From the IMG/VR virus record IMGVR_UViG_3300033121_001133, positions 32,001 to 96,000 of that record: a stretch of DNA of 64,000 nt, one strand, 5' to 3'. The position numbers were made by a program, and so were the translations under genes. Shown here piece after piece: positions 46,853 through 55,942 of the stretch. The stretch comes from a virus (taxonomy: Duplodnaviria > Caudoviricetes). The notes beneath the pieces are model-generated. The model did no database searches. It saw only the letters and a program-made list of their open reading frames with translations, and had not been told where the DNA came from. Each line of letters begins with the position of its first letter. The stretch's first letter is position 1.

Positions 46853-48814
46853 GTGAGCAGTTACTTTGATCTTAAGCCCGTACCTGAAGGTACTAGACGA
46901 GAGCTTGCTAATCGGATTGGTGCAGCAGGAACAGCGTGGAATGCCACCAAGTTCCCGTGGGTGCATCTTCAAAGCATGTCTTCGGCTGGTCAATATCGAA
47001 TACTGAAGAGCTACGATACTGGCCCGATCAACTCAGTACTATATGAGGCCAATACTCGCCTTAAGCCTATAATAACTTCCGTTAAGGTTAAGAAGCAGGG
47101 GGAGCTTGGTACTACTCGTAGATTTCAAGTCACTGTATTAGCATTTACAGATGAACAGTTGGGTGAACTGCAGCAGTCGTACTTCATACCTGGAATGTCT
47201 GTAAGAGTGCAGTTTGGATGGTCTCGTTCAGCTACCAACCAACCCGCCCCTGCACCATATGAGGATCAAGGGGCTTCTGAGCCTGTAGCTGCTTGTCAGA
47301 TGTTGGCTAAGGCTCAGGCTAGTCCTATCTACGAGGGTTTGCAGGGTACTGTGGCGAATTTCACATACACCCTAACAGCAGATAACTACTGGGAGTGTAC
47401 GGTTGAGGCAGTTAGTGCAGCTGAACCTGTACTTGGCACAAAGCTAACTAATAGTTGCTGTCCCTGCTCCCGCACTGAGAAGACAGCCGAGGGTGATTCT
47501 GTAGTAGTGCAGAAGCCAGTACTACACACATTCTTCTCAGACATTGCCACCAACTTTGCTAATCTAGACGCCTACAAGAGTCGGATTGATGGTCCTACCT
47601 CATTCTTTGGATTTTACAGCTATGAGGGGGAGATACGTAACCCAAATGGCACAGCTCCTACCATCACCGGTGGATTTGGTCAGGCCTGGAAAGCCCTTGT
47701 CAATAAAGTTGCAGAAGAAGCTCAAGAGACCTTTATATCATTTGGAGCGCTAGAGAAGGCTATTGCCGCATACGCCCTTCCCTCTACAGGAGGTGAAAAC
47801 ACCTTAGGTGTACTCGATAGCAGTAACATCATGATCCGGTACCATCCGGATCTGGAATCTGCTGATCCTCGTGTATGTTTGATTGGAGGTACGAAGAGGG
47901 TTCACAGAATACACAAGCTAGTTAAAGGGTCATCCTTGCCAAATGCCATTGATGGGGATAGAGTTAAGCTCTCTCACATCATGCTTAATACTGTGTTCTT
48001 AGCTACGGCTTTTAACACAGCAGGGGACGATCTGAGATCCTTCCTTCAGTATGTGATAGACGGAGTTAATAACGCGTGTGGTAGTTTATGGGAGTTCTCA
48101 GTAGTCAGTACTACTGAGACGGGTTGTGGAACAGAGGCTAGAAAGCAGGTTCCAACCGTGTCTATAACAGACAGTAAGATTGATACAGTGCCAGCACCTT
48201 ATGTAGTACCTTCAAGGCCCTCCAATTCAGTGGTTCGCGATCTTAGGTTGGAGATGAAGATGACTGATGCCATGAAGACTCAGGCGCTCTATTCCAATAG
48301 AACTGGTACATCAGGCAAGCCCTGCTCCAAAGGAGATCACTGCGCAGGAGTAACTCTGAAACCGTTTGGTCTAACTGATGCCGTTACAATCCGTAATACT
48401 GCAGTTGAACCTGTTAACAAGACCGAGCAAGCCTGCGATTGTGCTCAAGTTAAGGATCCAAGCATTGTGTCTGACAAGAAGCTGACTCTGGATGATGCTT
48501 TTGGGTCAGACGGTCTAGCTGAGATGGTGACTAGCGACACGGTACAGAGTGCAATTACCTTACTGGTAGAAGCCTATCGTGGTCCTCAAGTGGAGGAAAA
48601 GGATAGGTGCAAGTATGTTAGTCTCCCTTTGGAGATGAGCTTTACAGTTGATGGAGTTGGTGGTTTTAGGTTTGGTCAGATAGTTAGTTGTGATAGGTTA
48701 CCACCTAACATATCGGATGAGTTCATATACCAGATTACTGCTGTTGAGCATGAGCTGACTAATCAAGACTGGACAACCACAGTAACTACCATCGCAAGGT
48801 GGAATCCAAGATAG
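46853..48814 (+). CDS. Baseplate hub-like protein
   Basis: Position, plus C-terminal ITAVEHEL..QDWTTTV. Confidence 0.6.
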   Translation: MSSYFDLKPVPEGTRRELANRIGAAGTAWNATKFPWVHLQSMSSAGQYRILKSYDTGPINSVLYEANTRLKPIITSVKVKKQGELGTTRRFQVTVLAFTDEQLGELQQSYFIPGMSVRVQFGWSRSATNQPAPAPYEDQGASEPVAACQMLAKAQASPIYEGLQGTVANFTYTLTADNYWECTVEAVSAAEPVLGTKLTNSCCPCSRTEKTAEGDSVVVQKPVLHTFFSDIATNFANLDAYKSRIDGPTSFFGFYSYEGEIRNPNGTAPTITGGFGQAWKALVNKVAEEAQETFISFGALEKAIAAYALPSTGGENTLGVLDSSNIMIRYHPDLESADPRVCLIGGTKRVHRIHKLVKGSSLPNAIDGDRVKLSHIMLNTVFLATAFNTAGDDLRSFLQYVIDGVNNACGSLWEFSVVSTTETGCGTEARKQVPTVSITDSKIDTVPAPYVVPSRPSNSVVRDLRLEMKMTDAMKTQALYSNRTGTSGKPCSKGDHCAGVTLKPFGLTDAVTIRNTAVEPVNKTEQACDCAQVKDPSIVSDKKLTLDDAFGSDGLAEMVTSDTVQSAITLLVEAYRGPQVEEKDRCKYVSLPLEMSFTVDGVGGFRFGQIVSCDRLPPNISDEFIYQITAVEHELTNQDWTTTVTTIARWNPR

Positions 48815-48815
48815 T

Positions 48816-49496
48816 ATGGCAACCAATAAGACCCGCATAAATGGCCTATCACCTAGAGCACAGGACGGGCTCTATCTGCATACTAAAGGAGGAGAGTTTA
48901 GTCTTAACGGTGAGAATTACGTCGGAGAGTATCATCGAGTAGGAGACCAAATACAAACCGGACCTACTCCCTCAAAGAGTGCACAAACTCTAAGGCGTCT
49001 ATATACCCACGGCGATCATTTTGTCTACGACGGCTTATTTCAATTTGAGGTTAGGGCGTTAACGTTCAAAGATCCGGTTCCATACGTCCTAGTTCCAGCT
49101 GAGGTAGATTACGTTAGAGGGTTTCGCCAACGCTACTTCGTTCAAAAGCGGCATACCTTAGATGCCTACCCGATTGAGATAGACCTTCCCCAGTATGAGA
49201 GGTTAGGTAGACAGGATGGTATTGATAATGGGCTGTATGCATACTGCAGTGTAGAGTGGAGGTTGGTAGGCACAAGAGACTCAATAGAGCAGTTTAACCG
49301 ATTGCAACTACTTCAAGGATCTAAAGTTGTGGTAGGGCTACCATACGCTGTTCGCAGTTTGTCTGAGTTTGGTCGTTTCACTGACCTCCCCAATCCCCTA
49401 TTGGATTCGGGTACAGTTAAAGTGCAGCTGGATTTACCAAACCTGGAAGACGTTAGGAGGTCAATTAGGCAGCACTACCTGCGAGATGTTGGTTAG
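48816..49496 (+). CDS. Hypothetical baseplate-region protein
   Basis: 226 aa ORF ending the tail operon. Confidence 0.55.
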   Translation: MATNKTRINGLSPRAQDGLYLHTKGGEFSLNGENYVGEYHRVGDQIQTGPTPSKSAQTLRRLYTHGDHFVYDGLFQFEVRALTFKDPVPYVLVPAEVDYVRGFRQRYFVQKRHTLDAYPIEIDLPQYERLGRQDGIDNGLYAYCSVEWRLVGTRDSIEQFNRLQLLQGSKVVVGLPYAVRSLSEFGRFTDLPNPLLDSGTVKVQLDLPNLEDVRRSIRQHYLRDVG

Positions 49497-49517
49497 AGCT
49501 TGATTTCGCCTTATAGT
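49489..49517 (+). promoter_or_regulatory. Early promoter TTGGTT-N17-TATAGT
   Basis: Shared motif class. ATG lies 5 nt downstream. Confidence 0.55.
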
Positions 49518-49522
49518 AGGGC

Positions 49523-50854
49523 ATGATCTTGGATCACCCTACGCAGTTAACTCAGTTCAGAGGAAGGACTGTATTCTTGTACCCGGTGTATGGGGATCCA
49601 ACGGTGCACCATAGGGAAGTTAGTCTATTAGCGGTAGTCCTCGTCGACGTGAACACCAAAGAGAGCTTCAGCCTAAGTTTCGCCCATCCAGATGGCTTAT
49701 ACCACCATCCGTTAGATCTAAACTTCCTAAACAACAGCGTGGTATACGCCTACGACAAAGACACACTGTGGCATAAGCGACTAGATAAGCCTGAATTGAT
49801 CGACGTGCAGGCTCAGTACTACCTGTACAGTAATCAGGCGTGCAACTTTGAAACTCCACCAATAGTCAGCTATTACGATAGACTATATCCTGCGTGCGGA
49901 TCAATTGGATCCTTGGTTAGTCTGATCAAGCATGAGGAGATCGCTCGCGAGCTGTGTCAGGACACCTTGGTTCGTGATATTCAGCCTGGTCTAAGTTTCT
50001 ATCAAACCACCCTACTACCAGCTTTACGGCAGATTGAGTCAGCTGGCTTGCAAGTGGATCGAGAGTTGTTCAAGCAGCGATTCGATTTGGATTGCCGGCA
50101 AGGAGTCACTTACACTCAATACAATCCGTATACTACCACCGGCCGGCCGAGTAATCGATTCGCTGGAGTTAATTACGCTGCCTTGAACAAGGAGGATGGC
50201 AGTCGTGACTGCTTTATTAGTCGATTCGGAAATCAGGGCAGACTGGTTGAGATTGACTTCAACGCCTACCACCCTAGGTTAATTGGATCACTGGTAGGCT
50301 ACCAGTTTGGAGTAGACAGTGCCTATAGGCAACTGGCTATCAACTACTATGGCAGCAATCCCTCAGCGGATCAGATTGCTGAGATGAAGGAGGCCACCTT
50401 CAGGCAGGTGTATGGGGGAGTGCAGCAGCAGTATCTATCAATTCCGTTTTTCTACGCAGCTGATCAATTATCTAGACACCTATGGGAGCAGTTTGATAGG
50501 TCAGGGTACATAGAGAGTCCAATCTCTGGCCGACATCTACGCAAAAGCTCCTACACAGACATCGACCGAACCCTACTATTCAACTACTTCATTCAGATGT
50601 ATGAGACGGAGGCTAACATGCTCATTCTAAGCAAGCTACTCCCCCTAATACAGCCCATGCAAACCGAGGCTGTATTGTATACCTACGATAGCATACTGTT
50701 TGACGTTCCGAGGCAAGAGCTTCCGGAGCTTGTAGGTAAGATTTTACCACAATGCATTGATCTGCAGACCTTCCCAATCAAAGTCAAGACCGGTGAAAAT
50801 TATGGTAGTATGGAGGTTTACAACCCCAGTACCCTATTTATAGCAAATACATAG
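49523..50854 (+). CDS. polA: Compact family A DNA polymerase
   Basis: TTTGRPS, motif A EIDFNAYHPR, motif B KEATFRQVYG, NYFIQ, motif C YTYDS. Confidence 0.85.
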   Translation: MILDHPTQLTQFRGRTVFLYPVYGDPTVHHREVSLLAVVLVDVNTKESFSLSFAHPDGLYHHPLDLNFLNNSVVYAYDKDTLWHKRLDKPELIDVQAQYYLYSNQACNFETPPIVSYYDRLYPACGSIGSLVSLIKHEEIARELCQDTLVRDIQPGLSFYQTTLLPALRQIESAGLQVDRELFKQRFDLDCRQGVTYTQYNPYTTTGRPSNRFAGVNYAALNKEDGSRDCFISRFGNQGRLVEIDFNAYHPRLIGSLVGYQFGVDSAYRQLAINYYGSNPSADQIAEMKEATFRQVYGGVQQQYLSIPFFYAADQLSRHLWEQFDRSGYIESPISGRHLRKSSYTDIDRTLLFNYFIQMYETEANMLILSKLLPLIQPMQTEAVLYTYDSILFDVPRQELPELVGKILPQCIDLQTFPIKVKTGENYGSMEVYNPSTLFIANT

Positions 50855-50859
50855 TTCCT

Positions 50860-51072
50860 ATGGGAAAGAGGGATAAGATGCAGTTACTTCGTAAACTCAT
50901 ACGAAAGGAGGTACTGGCATATCTTGAGGAGCAGCAAAAGCTGCAAGAGATGACTGCCGATGAGAAGAAGGCCCAAGTAAAGGCTGATCAAGCTAACCTC
51001 GCAGCTCGCAAAGCTGCTCTAGATGCAGCTCAAAAGAAACTGAGAGACACCCAAGCTGCTACCACAGATTAG
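50860..51072 (+). CDS. Small late protein with LRKLIRKEV leader
   Basis: TATTTATA at 50835. LEE and LQE sites. Confidence 0.6.
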   Translation: MGKRDKMQLLRKLIRKEVLAYLEEQQKLQEMTADEKKAQVKADQANLAARKAALDAAQKKLRDTQAATTD

Positions 51073-51074
51073 GA

Positions 51075-51452
51075 ATGAGGTCCCAGTTACTCTGTACATT
51101 CACACACGCCGATCGACTGACCCGATGCATCGATGCTATCGCTGCGTTTTATAGTAGCGGTGTTGCAGATATGGAATGTTATGAGTATGTTCATCAACCA
51201 GACAGCATTGTCTGCATCTACAGCATATCACCATCCTCTAAGAGATTTAGAGATACAATATCAATCAACCAAAAAAGAGAAACGAGCACTTTCTACAGCA
51301 TCAATGCACTCAATGGTCTAATTCGACAACTAAACAGTGGTATCCTCGACCGGTCTTACCGTATCAACTGGCACAACTATGAGAATAGTCTCCTGCTGGC
51401 GGACGGCGATTACGGGTATAAAGCCATCCAAATATCTCGATTGACCCAGTAG
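51075..51452 (+). CDS. Hypothetical protein
   Basis: 125 aa ORF with QLLCTF...YSINALN. Confidence 0.65.
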   Translation: MRSQLLCTFTHADRLTRCIDAIAAFYSSGVADMECYEYVHQPDSIVCIYSISPSSKRFRDTISINQKRETSTFYSINALNGLIRQLNSGILDRSYRINWHNYENSLLLADGDYGYKAIQISRLTQ

Positions 51453-51454
51453 TG

Positions 51455-51484
51455 TTGCAAAGCTCCGTAGAGAGTTCGTATGTT
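51455..51484 (+). promoter_or_regulatory. Early promoter TTGCAA-N18-TATGTT
   Basis: Shared motif class, upstream of the ssb-recA operon. Confidence 0.5.
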
Positions 51485-51515
51485 TAATTCAAGTCAAACA
51501 CAAAAACAGTAAGTC

Positions 51516-52283
51516 ATGCCAATTGATCTAAATGCGTTAAAAGCAAAGTTACAGCAGATGCAACAATCCAGCCAGGGTGGATCCAAAAGTAGCGATTTCA
51601 TCTGGAAACCTCCCGTAGGGAAGTCACAGGTCAGGATTGTTCCCTATGCATTTGATAAGTCTAATCCGTTCATCGAGCTTCATTTCCACTATGAGATTGG
51701 AAAGAGAACGATGCTGTCTCCAATCTCCTTCGGTAAGCCAGATCCAATTGTGGAGTTCGCTGAGAAGTTGAAGCGTACTGGGGATAAGGACGACTGGAAG
51801 ATGGGTAAGAAGATCGAACCTAAGTTCCGAGTGTATGTTCCTGTGATTGTACGAGGACAGGAAAACGAGGGAGTTAAGTTTTGGTCATTTGGTAAGCAGA
51901 TCTACACCGAACTGCTGAGCGTTATTGCTGATCCTGATTATGGTGATATCAGTGATCTGATGTCAGGCCGTGACATCACCATCGAGCACGTTGCTCCAGA
52001 AAAGGAAGGAGCCTATCCCACCTTTACTGTAAGGGTTAAGCCAAACACGACTCCCGCTACAACCGACGAGGCTGTGGCTAAGATGATCACAGACGATCAG
52101 AAGGATGTTAGGACCTTGTTCACCGAATACTCTTATGATGAGCTAAAAGAAGCTCTGACTAAGTGGCTTGAGCCTGGAGCTAGCGATCCTACTCCAACTG
52201 CAGGAGGAGTTGCATCAGCACCAACGGTGTCTAAGACAAGCGACGTCACTGGAGCTTTCGAGCAGCTGTTCAACAAACAGTAA
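51516..52283 (+). CDS. gp32: Single-stranded DNA-binding protein (gp32-like)
   Basis: WKP..GKSQVRIVP, GVKFWSFGKQIY, GRDITI, ends in FEQLF. Confidence 0.82.
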   Translation: MPIDLNALKAKLQQMQQSSQGGSKSSDFIWKPPVGKSQVRIVPYAFDKSNPFIELHFHYEIGKRTMLSPISFGKPDPIVEFAEKLKRTGDKDDWKMGKKIEPKFRVYVPVIVRGQENEGVKFWSFGKQIYTELLSVIADPDYGDISDLMSGRDITIEHVAPEKEGAYPTFTVRVKPNTTPATTDEAVAKMITDDQKDVRTLFTEYSYDELKEALTKWLEPGASDPTPTAGGVASAPTVSKTSDVTGAFEQLFNKQ

Positions 52284-52286
52284 GCA

Positions 52287-53429
52287 ATGGGTAAGAAAGG
52301 AGCGACTATTCCCGAAGAGATTTCGGGAAGGGACGAGCTGGCTGCAGCTCTTGCCGAGAACCTGAACAAACAGTTTAAGGACTTCAAGGCAGCTCACTTT
52401 CTGGACGGTACAGAGGACACCCCTTCCGATTTATCGGATTGGGTGTCCTCCGGTTCCAGTAAGTTGGATCTAGCCATATCAAACAGACCAAACGGAGGAT
52501 TCCCGGTAGGCAGGATTGTGGAATTGCAGGGGATGGAGGCCTCAGGTAAGAGTTTGATCATGGCTCACGCTCTAGCCAACACCCAGAAGAAGGGTGGGCT
52601 TGCGGTTTACATTGACACGGAGAATGCGCTAAGTGATGAGTTTCTGACTGCAATTGGCGTTGATCTGAAGAACATGCTCTATCTTCCTCTGGAAACGGTT
52701 GAGGATATTTTCGAGAGCATCGAAAACATCATTGAGACCGTGCGGAAGAGTTCTCGCGATCGGCTAGTTACAATCGTAGTGGATTCCATTTCCGGAGCTT
52801 CAACTAAGATTGAGCAGGAAGCTGACTATGATAAGGATGGTTGGGCAACGTCCAAAGCCATCTTGATGTCTAAGGCGATGCGAAAGATCACTAGCACGAT
52901 TGGTAAACAGCGAGTGCTTCTACTATTTGCCTCTCAGCTGCGTGAGAAGATGGGGGTTATGTTTGGAGACAAATACACGACCTCCGGCGGAAAGGCTCTT
53001 GGATTCCACGCTAGTGTTCGGGTTAGGCTGAAGAGTCTTGGTAAGATCAAGTCTGGTAAGGGTGCTACTGAGCAAGTAATTGGATCTCAAACAGAGGCGT
53101 CGATTATCAAGAATAGGTGTGGACCGCCCTTCCGTAAGGCTGTGTTTAACATCTACTTCAATTCGGGCATTGATGATGCATCTAGTTGGCTAGAAACTCT
53201 CGTTGACTATGGTATAATCAAACAGTCAGGATCGTACTACACACTAATCAATGAGGACACAGCTGAAGAGATTCGCTTTCAATCTAAAGACTGGGTGGAG
53301 ATCCTCCAGCAGCAGCACAACAAAGACTTCTGCTATAAGAAGCTGTGCGATATCTACGTGATGAAGTATAGATCCCAGGATATGGTAGATAGGGATCAGC
53401 TGACTATAGAGGAAGACAGCGAATACTAA
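52287..53429 (+). CDS. recA: RecA/UvsX recombinase
   Basis: GRIVELQGMEASGKS, YIDTE, VVDS, SGGKALGFHASVR. Confidence 0.95.
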   Translation: MGKKGATIPEEISGRDELAAALAENLNKQFKDFKAAHFLDGTEDTPSDLSDWVSSGSSKLDLAISNRPNGGFPVGRIVELQGMEASGKSLIMAHALANTQKKGGLAVYIDTENALSDEFLTAIGVDLKNMLYLPLETVEDIFESIENIIETVRKSSRDRLVTIVVDSISGASTKIEQEADYDKDGWATSKAILMSKAMRKITSTIGKQRVLLLFASQLREKMGVMFGDKYTTSGGKALGFHASVRVRLKSLGKIKSGKGATEQVIGSQTEASIIKNRCGPPFRKAVFNIYFNSGIDDASSWLETLVDYGIIKQSGSYYTLINEDTAEEIRFQSKDWVEILQQQHNKDFCYKKLCDIYVMKYRSQDMVDRDQLTIEEDSEY

Positions 53430-53474
53430 CATTCTAGTAGGAATCTTACGTGAATTTTGCTATGCTGAAGCAGG

Positions 53475-54533
53475 ATGAAGAATTACCTTGACTTATTTAA
53501 CCGGTTACAAGCCGGCGGACCACAACAAGACGAGCACCCTAATTCCAGGGTGCTCGTTGTTGATGGACTCAACACCTTCATTAGATCGTATTCAGTTAGT
53601 CCGGTGACTAATACCAACGGAGAGCATGTGGGCGGCATAGCTGGATTCCTGCTTAGTGTTGGTCACGCAATCAAGACAATCAATCCCACTAGGGTGGTAG
53701 TTGTGTTCGATGGTAAGGATGGATCAGCCAAGAGGAGGGCTTTATACTCTGAGTACAAGGCTCATCGCAAGCTCAAGGTTCGCTTGAATCGGTCAGACTC
53801 CGTAGATAAGGAGGATAATCAACTCAAGCAGCTGATGAGAGTGCTAGACTACCTCAGCGTGCTTCCCACCACCACCCTGATTGTGGATAGATCGGAGGCC
53901 GATGATGTGATAGCTTATATTGCCAGGTCCTACTTTGAAGGTAAAGACAGTCAGGTATTTATTATGTCGTCAGATAAGGACTTCATGCAGCTAGTTGATC
54001 AGAAGACGTTTGTGTGGAGTCCAACCAAGAAGAAGCTCTTCTTTGCTGAAGACGTGTATACGGAGTTCGGTGTGATCCCAGAAAACTTTGCCCTGTATAG
54101 AGCGTTAACTGGAGATGCAAGCGATAACATTCCCGGAGTTCGTGGATTGGGCGCCAAAACCTTACTCCAGAGGTTTCCGGTGATCGCAGAGCGACAGCCT
54201 ATCCACATCGAGCAATTTTTCGACTACGTTACCGTCACATTAGACAGCAACCCCAAGTCCAAGTTACACTGTAAAGTGTTAGACTCTAAGGACGATGTAA
54301 GGACGTTCTATAAGATCACACAACTCTCTGAGAGTATGATCAGCGGGCAGCTTCGATTGGGGATCGTCGCAAGGCTGAATGAGCCAATTCATAGACTGGC
54401 TAGAGTGTCTTTTCACACCATGCTAATTGAAGATGGTATGACGCAGGCACTGAAAAATGCAGACTTCTGGCTAACTGACATAGCACAGAAACTAGATCGA
54501 TTTGCTTTAATGACCCATCAAGATAATACATAA
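53475..54533 (+). CDS. 5'-3' exonuclease / flap endonuclease (T4 RNase H-like)
   Basis: VDGLN, VFDG, YK.HR, EADD, SSDKDF, GDASDNIPGV.GLG.KT. Confidence 0.93.
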   Translation: MKNYLDLFNRLQAGGPQQDEHPNSRVLVVDGLNTFIRSYSVSPVTNTNGEHVGGIAGFLLSVGHAIKTINPTRVVVVFDGKDGSAKRRALYSEYKAHRKLKVRLNRSDSVDKEDNQLKQLMRVLDYLSVLPTTTLIVDRSEADDVIAYIARSYFEGKDSQVFIMSSDKDFMQLVDQKTFVWSPTKKKLFFAEDVYTEFGVIPENFALYRALTGDASDNIPGVRGLGAKTLLQRFPVIAERQPIHIEQFFDYVTVTLDSNPKSKLHCKVLDSKDDVRTFYKITQLSESMISGQLRLGIVARLNEPIHRLARVSFHTMLIEDGMTQALKNADFWLTDIAQKLDRFALMTHQDNT

Positions 54534-54534
54534 C

Positions 54535-55905
54535 ATGCAACAACAAGACACCCTCCAGCTTTATGGTACGGGGTTTCAGAATAAGGTTATTGTAGGCCTG
54601 CTTCGCAATAAGCAGTTTCTTCAGCAGATACAAGACGTATTAGATCCAAACTTCTTTTCCTCCGGAGGGTTGAAGTGGATTGTTACAGTGATCATGGAAC
54701 ACTTTGCTAAGTACAAGGTGCCTCCAACAATGGACGTATTCCGGATTAAGTACAACGAGGTGGATCAGGAGGTGTTGAAGACGGTGATCATCGATGCGCT
54801 CAAGGACATCTACAAGCTGGAAGAGGTTGAGGATCTGGAGTACATTCAAGATGAGACTATAAGGTTTTGTAGGAATCAAAAGCTCAAGGCAGCTATCTTG
54901 GAGTCAGTAGATCTGCTGCAACAGGGCGAGTATGATAAGATCAAAATCACCATAGATGCAGCACTTAAAGCTGGATCAGATAAGGCCATTGGGCATGAGT
55001 ATACTGTAGATGTCGAGGCTCGATTCACTGAGAATCAGCGTAATTGTATCCCAACTCCGTGGGACGTTATCAACGAGATTACGGGAGGAGGTTTGGGCGC
55101 AGGAGAGATGGCGGTGTTTGTAGCTCCTGCTGGTATTGGTAAGTCGATGGCACTGGTTAACGTTGCCGCCGATGCCGCCCGCCGAGGGTTGAACGTGATC
55201 TACTATACTCTAGAGCTGTCAGAAGCTTACGTTGGAGCTCGATTTGATTCCCACTTCACAGGAATTCCATCAGGCGATCTAAAATTCCATCAAGACGAGG
55301 TGAGAAAGGCAGTTGGCCAGCTTAAGGGAACTCTCACTATTAAGGGATATCCTACCAAGACTGCGACCGTTAACACTCTATCTGCTCACATTGATAAATG
55401 CATAATGCGAGGAATCAAGCCAGATCTAGTGCTTGTGGATTATGCTGACCTTCTTCGAGATGTTGGAGGCCGTTCACGTGATGTGCGAAACGATATCATG
55501 CTAGGAAACATATACGAGGATCTGCGCGGACTAGCAGGATTGTATAACATTCCATTATACACAGCTTCTCAAGCAAACAGATCGGCTTTGGAACAGGATA
55601 TTATTGAGGCTGATAAGATCGCTGAGGCTTATTCCAAGGTGATGGTGGCCGATGTGGTAATATCTCTCTCACGAAAGGTGTCGGATAAGATTAGTGGCAC
55701 CGGTAGATGGCACGTAATTAAGAACCGATTTGGACCCGATGGATTAACCTTCCCAAGCAAGATGAATATGTCAGCAGCTAGCATTAGCATATTTGCAGAG
55801 ACCTCTGTCCAAGGTAAAGAGGTCAAGGGCATGATGCAGAATAACGCCGAGGTGACTAGACAGGCGCTGGCTAATAAGTTTGCTGAATTAGGTGGTATGA
55901 TTTGA
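54535..55905 (+). CDS. dnaB: Replicative DnaB/gp41-like helicase
   Basis: APAGIGKS, YTLE, VDYADL, ASQANR, KNRFG. Confidence 0.93.
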   Translation: MQQQDTLQLYGTGFQNKVIVGLLRNKQFLQQIQDVLDPNFFSSGGLKWIVTVIMEHFAKYKVPPTMDVFRIKYNEVDQEVLKTVIIDALKDIYKLEEVEDLEYIQDETIRFCRNQKLKAAILESVDLLQQGEYDKIKITIDAALKAGSDKAIGHEYTVDVEARFTENQRNCIPTPWDVINEITGGGLGAGEMAVFVAPAGIGKSMALVNVAADAARRGLNVIYYTLELSEAYVGARFDSHFTGIPSGDLKFHQDEVRKAVGQLKGTLTIKGYPTKTATVNTLSAHIDKCIMRGIKPDLVLVDYADLLRDVGGRSRDVRNDIMLGNIYEDLRGLAGLYNIPLYTASQANRSALEQDIIEADKIAEAYSKVMVADVVISLSRKVSDKISGTGRWHVIKNRFGPDGLTFPSKMNMSAASISIFAETSVQGKEVKGMMQNNAEVTRQALANKFAELGGMI

Positions 55906-55942
55906 TGCGTAGCCTATTTATAAACACAACAACCCTCTAGAA

